From assembly GCA_041561855.1 (NCBI GenBank), contig JBFEYZ010000001.1:1-36400 (forward strand): a stretch of 36,400 nt of DNA, given 5' to 3'. Positions 24,571 through 35,200 of this stretch are shown here, in pieces (the stretch's first letter is position 1; every line of letters begins with the position of its first letter). Made by a program: the position numbers and the translations under genes. Below the pieces are notes generated by a model. The model was given only the letters and a program-made list of their open reading frames with translations, had not been told where the DNA came from and did not search any database. The DNA comes from Sulfurimonas sp. (lineage in GTDB: Bacteria; Campylobacterota; Campylobacteria; Campylobacterales; Sulfurimonadaceae).

Positions 24571-26790
24571 TTATTTCGTATTTGAGTTAACATACTTACG
24601 CAAAGTGTCAAAAAGTTTTTCCAGATCTATCGGTTTTATAAGATGTCCGTTCATTCCTACGGCTTTTGTTTTCTCTATCTCTTCGCTCATCGCATTTGCA
24701 GTTAGAGCGATGATCGGAACGTCGCTGTCCATACTTCTGATAATTCTGGTTGCTTCATATCCGTCCATAACAGGCATTTGCAGATCCATAAAGATAACCT
24801 CGTATTTATCTTTTTCAAACATCTCAACCGCTTCTTTGCCGTTTTTTGCAATATCTATATCTTCTACACACTCTTCAAGGAGTCCAAAGAGAACAAGCTG
24901 GTTGGTCGCATTGTCTTCAACTATAAGAACTCTTTTGGCATCTATGAATTTTTTGTTAAATTCTACCGCTTTGGGCTCTTTTTTTATCTTTATTAATTCT
25001 GTCTCTTTTAGTTTTATCTCAAAGATAAAGCAGCTCCCTATCTTCTCTTTGCTTTCAACCCAGATCTTTCCGCCCATCAGCTCTACTAGCTGTTTTGATA
25101 TTGCAAGACCAAGCCCTGTTCCTCCGTATTCCCTGGTAGTACTGCTATCAGCTTGGGAGAAAAGTTTAAAGAGCTTTGTCTGCTCTTTAGGATTAAGGCC
25201 TATCCCTGAATCTTGAACTTTAAATCTATATTTTGAGTCTTCTGCTTTTGTAATATAGATATTTATTTTTCCGTCTTTTGGAGTGAACTTGATTGCATTT
25301 CCTATAAGATTGGTAAGTATTTGTGAGATTCTAAGGGAATCACCTATGAAATAATCTCCTACATTGTTTGCATAGTCAACTGATATTGTTATATTTTTTT
25401 GGTTTGCGATTATCTCAAGCGGAGATATGACTCTGTCTATAGTATCTCTTAGAATAAATTCAGCCTGTTCTATCTTCATCTTTCCGGCTTCGATCTTTGA
25501 GAAATCCAAAATATCGTTTATTATATTTAGAAGCGATTTTGCAGAATCATCTATCTTCTCAAGATAGTTTTTCTGCTTTTTATCGAGGTCTGTTTTTAGA
25601 AGCAGGCGGCTTATGCCTACGAGACCGTTCATAGGAGTTCTTATCTCATGCGACATATTTGCCAGAAACTGTGACTTAGCCTTGGTCGCATTTTGAGCGA
25701 TCGTTTTCTCCCTCTCAAGCTCTTTTGTCCGCTCTTTGACGATATTTTCAAGATTCATACGTTGTTTGATATTGAAGTAGATGACTGTAAGCAGAACCAT
25801 AAATCCAAAAAATGCAGCGGCATTTACCATTAAGTATTCGTACATCATATTGTGAAGGTATTCGCTTTTTGTGTATGAGACAAGGTATGCGACCGTCATC
25901 TGGTTTTCAATGTTTTTAATAGGTAAAAAGGAGATTATGTATGAGTCGTTCAAGTGATTGGTATAGAGCGAAAATGAGCTGTTATGGCTTATGTTTTTTG
26001 CTATATTCTCTTTTAACTCTTTGTCAGACAGCAGGTCTTGCGGAAGACTCTTTTTTTTATTCCCTTTTGTATTAAGAAAGAGAAAATCTTTATGTTCTAA
26101 GCTTTGTGTATAGTTTGAGTTAAAGTCACTGCTGTACTCTACAACAGCAAAAAGATCTTTTTTGACTATAAAGTTGGTATATGTGTCATGAAGCTCAAGC
26201 ATAGCGTCTTGCATACTTTGAGATGAAAAAGAGATCTCGGCGATTCCTAGATATGTATCGTTATAAAAGAGAGGAAAAATATTTCTAAAAGCGTGTGTGC
26301 CTTTTCCTTGCTCAAATCCGCTGAGAGGCTTTTTTATCCTGTTCGTGCGCATAATTGAGTAACGCACAGATGAGAGGTCGTCACCGTATATATCTTTTTT
26401 GTGCACCCTCAAAAATGATCTGTTGTTTTCAAAAGCAAAATGGATTATGTTAACACCTATCTCTCTTAGGTTGTAGTAATGTGGGAGAAGTTCAAAATAG
26501 AGCATTGTGCGAAGCATATCCCGCTCATCTTCATCTTGAGTTTTTTTGGCGTTGTAAAACAGCTCTAAAACACGATTGCTGTTAAAAACCTCCTGATTGA
26601 TTATCTGTGATATGACGCTGTATCTGTCTGTTGTAACTTTGTAGCTGTGAGAGAGTTTATTGACCTCTTGATTTAATAGGAGTTCAAGACGTGAGTTTTT
26701 ATCTTTTGTAGTAATAATGTAAACTGATAGGTAGAGAGATAAAAATAGGAGAGTTATGAAGATTTTAATTGTACCTAAAGAGAATCTCAA
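24571..26790 (-). CDS. Hybrid sensor histidine kinase (Cache sensor + HisKA + HATPase + REC)
   Basis: Two TM helices; FLRVHK...GDDLS..R; [14 protein letters not shown]; NAIKFT; DSGIG; [10 protein letters not shown]; VEDN...[11 protein letters not shown]...LTANA...KP. Confidence 0.93.
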   Translation of the reverse strand: MRFSLGTIKIFITLLFLSLYLSVYIITTKDKNSRLELLLNQEVNKLSHSYKVTTDRYSVISQIINQEVFNSNRVLELFYNAKKTQDEDERDMLRTMLYFELLPHYYNLREIGVNIIHFAFENNRSFLRVHKKDIYGDDLSSVRYSIMRTNRIKKPLSGFEQGKGTHAFRNIFPLFYNDTYLGIAEISFSSQSMQDAMLELHDTYTNFIVKKDLFAVVEYSSDFNSNYTQSLEHKDFLFLNTKGNKKKSLPQDLLSDKELKENIAKNISHNSSFSLYTNHLNDSYIISFLPIKNIENQMTVAYLVSYTKSEYLHNMMYEYLMVNAAAFFGFMVLLTVIYFNIKQRMNLENIVKERTKELEREKTIAQNATKAKSQFLANMSHEIRTPMNGLVGISRLLLKTDLDKKQKNYLEKIDDSAKSLLNIINDILDFSKIEAGKMKIEQAEFILRDTIDRVISPLEIIANQKNITISVDYANNVGDYFIGDSLRISQILTNLIGNAIKFTPKDGKINIYITKAEDSKYRFKVQDSGIGLNPKEQTKLFKLFSQADSSTTREYGGTGLGLAISKQLVELMGGKIWVESKEKIGSCFIFEIKLKETELIKIKKEPKAVEFNKKFIDAKRVLIVEDNATNQLVLFGLLEECVEDIDIAKNGKEAVEMFEKDKYEVIFMDLQMPVMDGYEATRIIRSMDSDVPIIALTANAMSEEIEKTKAVGMNGHLIKPIDLEKLFDTLRKYVNSNTK

Positions 26791-26921
26791 CTAATTTGCC
26801 TTCTGTTTTCAAATATATGCGTCAATTAGTATAGCCTAAATTGATTAAAAGGTTGTGAAATTAATCTTATTTATAAGTCATAATCCACTACAATTTCATT
26901 AATAGATAAAAGGTTGGTGAG

Positions 26922-28118
26922 ATGGTAATAAAAAATGCGACAGTTTGCGATATACACGGTGAGAGGGTAACGGATGTACGCGTAGAAGAGGGCATAGTCA
27001 CCGAGATAGCGGCTGGACTCTCATGCAGTGATATTGTAGATGCAAGCGGTCTCTACTTTGTCCCCCTTTTGGTGGATACGAATGTAAGGGTACAAGACTC
27101 CTATTTAAATGCAAAGAATATAAAAGCACTTTCAGACGAGGCGCTCAAAGCCGGAATAGGACGTGTAGTTCTAAATCCGGACAGTGCTCCAGCTATAGAT
27201 AACGAGATAGTCTTGGAGTTTGCACAAAACGGTCTGCATGAGCTAAGGGGTGCAAAAGTCGATTTGATGTTAAATGCGCTAAAAGAGGATAATACTTTGA
27301 GTAATATCGCTATTTTGCTAAAGAGGGGAGCAGTCGCGCCTTATATGAGCACAATTGCAAAAAATGACGTTGCCATCAAGATTGCACAGTACTGCCAGAT
27401 GTACGGAGTAACTCTGTTTTGTAAGGCTGAGGACAACTCTCTTATCAACAGCGGCGTTATACTCGAGGGAGACGTAAGCTCAAAGCTTGGACTGGCAGGC
27501 ATACCTGATTTGAGTGAAGTTTTGCACGTGTCTCGTATGATAGAGATAGCTAGGCACTTTAAGATAAGAATACTCTTCAAATCAATCGCTTCGCCGCGTT
27601 CCATATACCTTATAGACAAAGCAAAGCAAGACGGTGTAGATGTGGCGTGTGAGGTCTCCATCCACCATCTTAGCAACTCCGATGAGGCATGTAAAAATTT
27701 CAATACTACCGCAAAATTAAATCCGCCTCTCTCTTCAAAAGATGATCTTAAACTTTTGCAGGAGGCTCTTAAAGAGGGGAAAATAGATATACTGACCACT
27801 CTGCATCAGCCAAGTTCCCCAGTAAACAAAGAGGTTGCATTTTATGATGCCGCTTACGGATGTCAAGGGCTGAAAAATGCCATGAGCATATACTATACAA
27901 AACTTGTAAAGAGCGGCATTATATCTATGCAAGAACTTATAAGACTCTGTGTAAAAAATCCTTCTGATGCCATAGGAGAGAGTGCGGGAGAGATAAAGGT
28001 TGGAAGCAGGGCGAATGCTATGCTGTTTAATCCTGAGAGCCTCTCTGTGATGGAAGACAGACTCTCTCTATATTGCGGCGAAGAACTTTACGGCAGAGTT
28101 GAAAAGATTTTTAACTGA
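26922..28118 (+). CDS. Dihydroorotase-like amidohydrolase-fold protein lacking metal ligands (PyrC'-like, probably non-catalytic)
   Basis: MVIKNA, P..VD, P.IDN, GLAGIP, CEVSIHHL, AKLNPPL; the DxHxH motif appears as DTNVR and the catalytic TDHAP as TLHQP. Confidence 0.85.
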   Translation: MVIKNATVCDIHGERVTDVRVEEGIVTEIAAGLSCSDIVDASGLYFVPLLVDTNVRVQDSYLNAKNIKALSDEALKAGIGRVVLNPDSAPAIDNEIVLEFAQNGLHELRGAKVDLMLNALKEDNTLSNIAILLKRGAVAPYMSTIAKNDVAIKIAQYCQMYGVTLFCKAEDNSLINSGVILEGDVSSKLGLAGIPDLSEVLHVSRMIEIARHFKIRILFKSIASPRSIYLIDKAKQDGVDVACEVSIHHLSNSDEACKNFNTTAKLNPPLSSKDDLKLLQEALKEGKIDILTTLHQPSSPVNKEVAFYDAAYGCQGLKNAMSIYYTKLVKSGIISMQELIRLCVKNPSDAIGESAGEIKVGSRANAMLFNPESLSVMEDRLSLYCGEELYGRVEKIFN

Positions 28119-28155
28119 CAATATGGTAGAATCCAAAAAAAATTAAGGAAACAAG

Positions 28156-28392
28156 ATGTTACACGAATATAGAGATATTATTACGCATATGAAAGAGACG
28201 GGCGCAGAGAATGCTCATTTTTTAAGAATTTTCAATAAACATAACGAGCTTGACGACAAAATAACAAAAGCCGAGAATGGCGATACAGTGCTTACGGACA
28301 AAGAAGTAGAGATTCTTAAAAAAGAGAAACTGCTCTTAAAAGACGAGGCATATTCTATTCTTATGAAGTATAAAAAAGAGCATAATCTTTAA
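28156..28392 (+). CDS. YdcH/DUF465 family small protein
   Basis: MLHEYRD.IT, NAHF..IF.KHNELD..I, LKKEKL.LKDE; SD AAGGAA. Confidence 0.88.
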   Translation: MLHEYRDIITHMKETGAENAHFLRIFNKHNELDDKITKAENGDTVLTDKEVEILKKEKLLLKDEAYSILMKYKKEHNL

Positions 28393-28397
28393 GCTGA

Positions 28398-28414
28398 TCC
28401 ATCATTTTGATGGA
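28398..28414. terminator. Short hairpin between convergent DUF465 and tgt genes
   Basis: TCCATCA-TTT-TGATGGA, a perfect 7-bp stem filling most of the 22-bp gap; the T-tract is not immediately adjacent. Confidence 0.4.
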
Positions 28415-29577
<1,163 letters not shown>

Positions 29578-29617
29578 TTTTAGTAGTCCATCTATTTTTT
29601 AAAAGAGCAAAAGAAGC

Positions 29618-29968
29618 TTAAAGTGCGTATCTCTCTCTTAATGTTTTGGTTTTAAAAATAAAGATTGAAGCAAATGTAAAAAGTATAACGAACCCCATGA
29701 TAATTGCCAGTCTTGTCCATGGATAGCCGTAATCTATCCTGTATGAGATAAGCATATGCGCAGTGCCTATCCACTCGACGGTTGCCAGTAAAAGTCCAAG
29801 CTGAACGATTCTTGCAGAGATCTTATGTTTTATGAGCAGCAGAAGAAGTAAGACGATGATGGCCCCTATTACCAATATGTCCCCGTATCTTAAAAAATGT
29901 GCCGCGAGTACCAGCAGACTGATTATCGCAGGAAGCAGTAGTGCAAATGTAATAGCCGTTTTTTTCAT
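29618..29968 (-). CDS. Small hypothetical integral membrane protein (about 4 TM)
   Basis: 116 aa, four hydrophobic stretches, motifs LAAHFLR and PWTRLAII; SD AAGGGG. Confidence 0.8.
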   Translation of the reverse strand: MKKTAITFALLLPAIISLLVLAAHFLRYGDILVIGAIIVLLLLLLIKHKISARIVQLGLLLATVEWIGTAHMLISYRIDYGYPWTRLAIIMGFVILFTFASIFIFKTKTLRERYAL

Positions 29969-30017
29969 ATAAACCCCTTTCTTTTTGCTATGTTATACTA
30001 TTTTTGTAACTGCGAAC

Positions 30018-30031
30018 TTGACTAAATTCAA
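30018..30031. promoter_or_regulatory. Crp/Fnr-family (Nss-type) palindromic box TTGA-N6-TCAA
   Basis: TTGACTAAATTCAA, centred about 40 nt upstream of the start predicted from the minus-strand -10 TATAAC (29992-29997). Confidence 0.5.
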
Positions 30032-30153
30032 GAGTTTTACAACGTTTTTTTTGCAATATAGTAATAAGATAAATTAATAACCGGTCTTTGTTAGATATTT
30101 TCTTAAGTCCAGTTAGTGTAAAATTTTAAAAAATATTTTATCAAGGTGTTTTA

Positions 30154-30720
30154 ATGGCAACTATCGGAATGGGTGATATTAAGAAAGGCGTTCGCTTAAT
30201 TATAGGTGAAGTCCCATATAGAGTGGTAGAGTTTCAACATGTTAAGCCTGGCAAAGGTGCGGCATTTGTGCGTATGAAAGTAAAGAGCTTTTTAAACGGC
30301 AAGGTTGTTGATAAAACAGTTCATGCAGGTGATAAGTTTGAAGTTCCTGAGATAACTTACAAAACTATGCAGTACCTCTACGATGACGGTGAGCAGTACC
30401 AATTTATGGATAATGAGTCGTATGAGCAGCTGGGACTTAGCTATGAGCAGTGCGATGATGCATCTAAGTGGTTCAAAGACGGTATCAATGTTGATATAGT
30501 GTTTTACAAAGGAAAGGCTATAACGGTAAGCGCTCCTGAGGTTATGGAGCTTGTAATCAAAGAGACTCCTCCAAACTTCAAAGGAGACACTTCAAGCGGC
30601 AGTAAAAAACCTGCAACTCTTGAGACAGGTGCCGTTGTACAGGTTCCTTATCATGTTTTAGAGGGCGATACTATTAAAGTAAATACCGTAGAGGGTGAAT
30701 ACTTAGAAAAAGTTAAATAG
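30154..30720 (+). CDS. efp: Translation elongation factor P
   Basis: [43 protein letters not shown]. Confidence 0.98.
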   Translation: MATIGMGDIKKGVRLIIGEVPYRVVEFQHVKPGKGAAFVRMKVKSFLNGKVVDKTVHAGDKFEVPEITYKTMQYLYDDGEQYQFMDNESYEQLGLSYEQCDDASKWFKDGINVDIVFYKGKAITVSAPEVMELVIKETPPNFKGDTSSGSKKPATLETGAVVQVPYHVLEGDTIKVNTVEGEYLEKVK

Positions 30721-30737
30721 TCTCTGCATTTAACTAT

Positions 30738-30765
30738 TGCCTGTATATAAATCAATATGCAGGCA
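30738..30765 (+). terminator. Hairpin downstream of efp (terminator-like)
   Basis: TGCCTGTATAT-AAATCA-ATATGCAGGCA, an 11-bp stem with one G-U pair, 17 nt after the efp stop; no long T-tail. Confidence 0.5.
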
Positions 30766-30781
30766 GCTTAAAGGCCGAACA

Positions 30782-31756
30782 ATGAAAGATTTCTCACTTT
30801 TTAATATCTTGCCGACAGGTGTTATGATATTTAAAAACCAAAAAATTGAATTTATTAATCAACATATCCTGGATGTTCTAAGCATCGGATACTTTAGCAC
30901 AAAAAACGCTGTTGAACTAATAATCAAGATACTTGATGTTAAAGACGAAGAAGATCTCTTTATATTTTTAAGCAATCACGACTACTTCGATACAAGAACA
31001 AAACGCATCCAGATAGAGCATAGCCGATATGAAGATTATGACATCTATACATTTTCCCGCATAAACAGCTCTATAGCCGAAAAGATTTTTCATGAAAATA
31101 GTAATTTAGGTAAAAAAGCAGATATTGACGAAAAAATCGCCAAACTATTTAAGCTAAACAATATAAAAAAAGTAAAAGTTATGACGCTTTACAAGGGTGT
31201 TCCTTTAAAGAATTACGGAAAAATAATAAGAGTAAATATGGATTCCATAGAGGTTATAGTAGAGCCGAAACATCGTATTTCACTTCTTGAGAGAAATGAC
31301 ATCCTGCTGATAGTAAACACAAAAAAAGGAACCTCCGTACTGCATGGCGAGGTAGTTAAAAGCGACAATAACGTATTTACAATCAAAAACTTCTATCTTT
31401 CAAAAGAGGATGTGCATCTAAGAGACGGGCTTAGAGTCAAATTAAATACGACTACCATAGCAAAAACTGGGGGCAGGGAATTTGTGGTGTATGACATTTC
31501 GATGAAAGGTATCAGTATAAAAATAAGCACCAGCGAAGAGGAGGAGTTTTTAAAGGGGAGAAAGTTTTTAAAACTTTTTTTAGAGGAGAACGAGCTGCAT
31601 TTAAACTTGAAATATTTAAAAACTATAAGCGATAATGGAAATATGTTAAAAATCATATTTTTAATCTTTGTAAACAGCGAAGACGGTTCAAAACTAAATC
31701 ATTTCATAGTTAAGAGGCAAAATGAAATTTTAAGGGAGATTCATGAATATTATTAA
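30782..31756 (+). CDS. Hypothetical protein with PAS-like N-terminus and C-terminal PilZ-like c-di-GMP-binding motifs
   Basis: FNILPTGVMIF....IEFIN (PAS-like start); RDGLR (RxxxR) and DISMKG (DxSxxG). ATG 30782 is preferred over TTG 30737 because AAGG lies upstream of it and the TTG sits at the edge of the efp hairpin. Confidence 0.65.
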   Translation: MKDFSLFNILPTGVMIFKNQKIEFINQHILDVLSIGYFSTKNAVELIIKILDVKDEEDLFIFLSNHDYFDTRTKRIQIEHSRYEDYDIYTFSRINSSIAEKIFHENSNLGKKADIDEKIAKLFKLNNIKKVKVMTLYKGVPLKNYGKIIRVNMDSIEVIVEPKHRISLLERNDILLIVNTKKGTSVLHGEVVKSDNNVFTIKNFYLSKEDVHLRDGLRVKLNTTTIAKTGGREFVVYDISMKGISIKISTSEEEEFLKGRKFLKLFLEENELHLNLKYLKTISDNGNMLKIIFLIFVNSEDGSKLNHFIVKRQNEILREIHEYY

Positions 31757-32144
31757 AAGAAGCAGCGCTATTGGCGATAAGATACTTTATTTTTTCACAG
31801 CACTTGCTTTAGTATTTCCTCTCTCTTTAGGTGCAATATCTACGTTTAAAGGGCAACTTGTTTATTTAAAAGAGTGCAGAGTGTGCCATTTAAGCAGCAG
31901 AATATTTGTAGAGACGCATAGTCTGAAAGAGTGGGAAAAAATGCTTGACACCGACGGGAAAAGACTTTCGGATATTCATTTAAAGGTAGAAGAGAAGTTT
32001 GTAAACTCCAAAGAGAGGATACGAAAGAGCTCGCATAAATTTTTTAAGAGCGAGGGGTACGGTCAAAAATATACAGAGTTAAGAGATTTCGTTATAGAGT
32101 CATCTAAAAAAAATGAAGCTATAGACTCAAACTACAGAGAGTAA
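31743..32144 (+). CDS. Putative monoheme c-type cytochrome
   Basis: Hydrophobic signal/anchor followed by KGQLVYLKECRVCH (CxxCH); overlaps the upstream gene by 14 bp. Confidence 0.72.
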   Translation: MNIIKRSSAIGDKILYFFTALALVFPLSLGAISTFKGQLVYLKECRVCHLSSRIFVETHSLKEWEKMLDTDGKRLSDIHLKVEEKFVNSKERIRKSSHKFFKSEGYGQKYTELRDFVIESSKKNEAIDSNYRE

Positions 32145-32164
32145 AAAAGTATTATTACTAAAGA

Positions 32165-32185
32165 TTAAGTCAAATTTACTATAAT
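32165..32185 (+). promoter_or_regulatory. Sigma70-type promoter of dnaE
   Basis: TTAAG (32165-32169) then TATAAT (32180-32185), about 30 nt before the ATG. Confidence 0.5.
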
Positions 32186-32214
32186 AAATTTAAAAAAATA
32201 CAGGCAAATTTATT

Positions 32215-35200
32215 ATGAGCGCTCAACCATTTACCCATTTACATCTTCACACCGAATACTCGCTTCTAGACGGTGCAAATAAACTAACAAATTTGGTATC
32301 GCAGGTTAAAAAGCTTGGCATGGACTCCGTTGCTATGACCGATCACGGAAATATGTTCGGAGCAATAGATTTTTACAAACAGATGAAGGATGCAGGTATA
32401 AAGCCTATAATCGGTATGGAAGGCTACATCCATAACGGCGAAACACTTGATGATAAAAGCACAAAGCAGAGATTCCACATCTGTCTTTTTGCTAAAGATC
32501 AAAAGGGATACGAAAACCTGATGTATCTCTCCTCAAAGGCTTTTATAGACGGCTTTTACTATTTTCCCAGAATCAACAAAAAAGAGCTTCGCGAACACTC
32601 TGAGGGGCTTATCTGTACAAGTGCCTGTCTGCAGGGTGAAGTAAACTGGCATCTAAATACAGCAAACGAGAGAAACGTAAAGAATGGCGCACTCGGGTAT
32701 GAGGGCGCTAAAGCCGTCGCATTAGAGTATAAAGATATTTTCGGCGATGATTTCTACCTAGAACTTATGCGCCACGGAATAGGCGATCAGCTTCATATAG
32801 ACGAGCAGGTGCTACGCCTAGGAAATGAGCTGGGTATCAAGGTCGTTGCTACAAATGATACTCACTATACATTTCCTGATGATGCACAGTACCACGAAGC
32901 ATTTATGTGTATCGGGATGAATAAACTCTACGACGATCCGAACCGCATGCGCCATTCCGTGCATGAGTTTTACTTGAAGTCTCCACAGCAGATGGCAAGA
33001 CTTTTCGCGGATATCCCTGAAGCTATAGCACATACTCAGGAGATCGTAGATAAATGCAATTTGGAGCTAAAACTCGGCGACCCGATTCCGCCGAATTTTA
33101 AATTTGCATCTGAATACGCAAAAAAAGACGGTTTGGAAATAAAAAGTACTGATAATAACGAGATAGATGCCGAGTATTTTATATATCGTTGCGGGATCGG
33201 GCTTGAAGAGCGTTTGAAACATGTACCTCATGAGAGACATCAGGAGTACAGGGATAGGTTGAAGTTTGAGATGGATGTCATCAACTCAATGAAATTTCCA
33301 GGCTATATGTTAATCGTCTGGGATTTCGTCAAGGTTGCAAAAGAGATGGGCATTGCGGTCGGTCCAGGGCGTGGAAGTGCAGCTGGAAGTCTTGTCGCAT
33401 ATTCGCTTGGCATCACTGACATAGACCCGATGAAGTATGACCTGCTATTTGAGAGATTTCTAAATCCTGAGCGTGTAAGCATGCCCGATATTGATATGGA
33501 CTTTATGCAGGCGCGCCGCGGAGAGGTTATAGACTATGTTGTTGAGAAATATGGAAGAAATCAGGTTGCGCAGATAATCACGTTTGGTTCGCTTTTGGCA
33601 AAAGGGGTGATACGTGACGTAGCACGTGTTCTTGATATGCCTCTCTCTCAGGCGGATGCAATGGCAAAACTCGTTCCCGACGAGCTTGGAATTACGCTAA
33701 ACGGCAAGAAAAAGGGTGATGAGTTTATAGCTGGAGCTTTTCAAAAAGAGCCAAAACTTCAAGAACTAATTCAAAACGATGCAAATGCCGCGAGGGTCTG
33801 GGAGTTTGCAAAAAAGCTCGAAGGGCTTAAACGTAACTCCGGGATACATGCTGCAGGCGTGGTAATTTCAAACGAAGAGCTTTGGAAAAAGACTCCAATC
33901 TACAAACCTTCAGGCGAAGATGTTTTTGTGACGCAATATTCTCTTAACTATCTTGAAGACGTTGATCTGATCAAGTTCGACTTCTTGGGACTAAAGACTT
34001 TAGACGTGATCGATAATGCCATCAAGCTGATAAAGTTTAGATACGGCAAAGATGTAATCTGGCATGAGATAAACGAAAACGATCCTAAAGTTTATGATGT
34101 TATACGAGGAGGAAATACGGTCGGGATGTTCCAGATAGAGAGTTCCGGTATGCAGGACTTGAACAAGCGTCTAAAGCCCGACAGCTTTGAAGACTTGATC
34201 GCGGTCTTGGCACTCTACAGACCTGGCCCGATGGAGTCCGGGATGCTTGACAGCTTCATCGAGAGAAAGCACGGCAGAGAGAAAATAGAGTATACCTTTG
34301 AGGCTATGGAACCGATACTGGAGAACACATACGGGGTCATCGTTTATCAAGAGCAGGTTATGCAGATAGTACAGACAATCGGCGGCTTCTCTCTTGGCTA
34401 CTCTGATATTATCCGCCGTGCGATGGGTAAGAAAAAGGATATGTCGACCTATAACGACGAGTTTGCAAGAGGTGCGCAGAGTCAGGGGCTTGACTATGAC
34501 AAAGCTTCAAAGCTATTTGATCTGATCGAGAAGTTTGCGGGGTACGGTTTTAATAAATCACACTCTGCCGCTTATGCGATGATTACTTTTCAGACCGCAT
34601 GGCTTAAAACCTACTATCCAAACGAGTTTATGGCTGCACTCTTAACTTCGGACAAAGACAATACGGATAAAGTCGTACGCTATATAGATGAGACTAAAAG
34701 GATGGGTATAGAGCTCTCTCCTCCGGATATCTGCGACTCGCAGCTTGAGTTCTCAGCGATAACAAAAGACGACAAAGAGATCGTGCTTTTTGGTCTCGGT
34801 GCGATCAAGGGAGTCGGAGAAGCAGCAGTTTTATCAATACTTGAAACGAGAAAAGAGGGCGGCGACTTTACTTCCCTTCAAGACTTCGTAAACAGAATCG
34901 AGCCTTCAAAGGTGAACAAGAGGGTTATCGAGTCTATCATAAAAGCGGGCGGGTTCGATCGGTTCGGATATTCCAGAAAGGCTCTTCTGGATCAGATAGA
35001 GTGTATCGTAGACACCGCAAAAGACGCCTCCCAAGCTAGAAAAAATGCAATCGGGAGCCTTTTTGGAGATGATTCTGAGATCACTACTGTTGAGTTGAAG
35101 CTAACCAACTCTAGCGAGTATGAGTTAAAAGAGATACTGGAGTTTGAGAAGGAGACTTTGGGCTTTTATGTCTCAGGACACCCGCTGGATGAGTTTAGAG

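Noticed and set aside
24605-25216. 203-aa plus-strand ORF and other antisense ORFs (e.g. 3259-3615, 10469-10825, 15621-16082, 27341-27799)
   Set aside because: They are shadow ORFs opposite well-supported genes, with Ser/Ile/Phe-rich antisense composition and no recognisable motifs.
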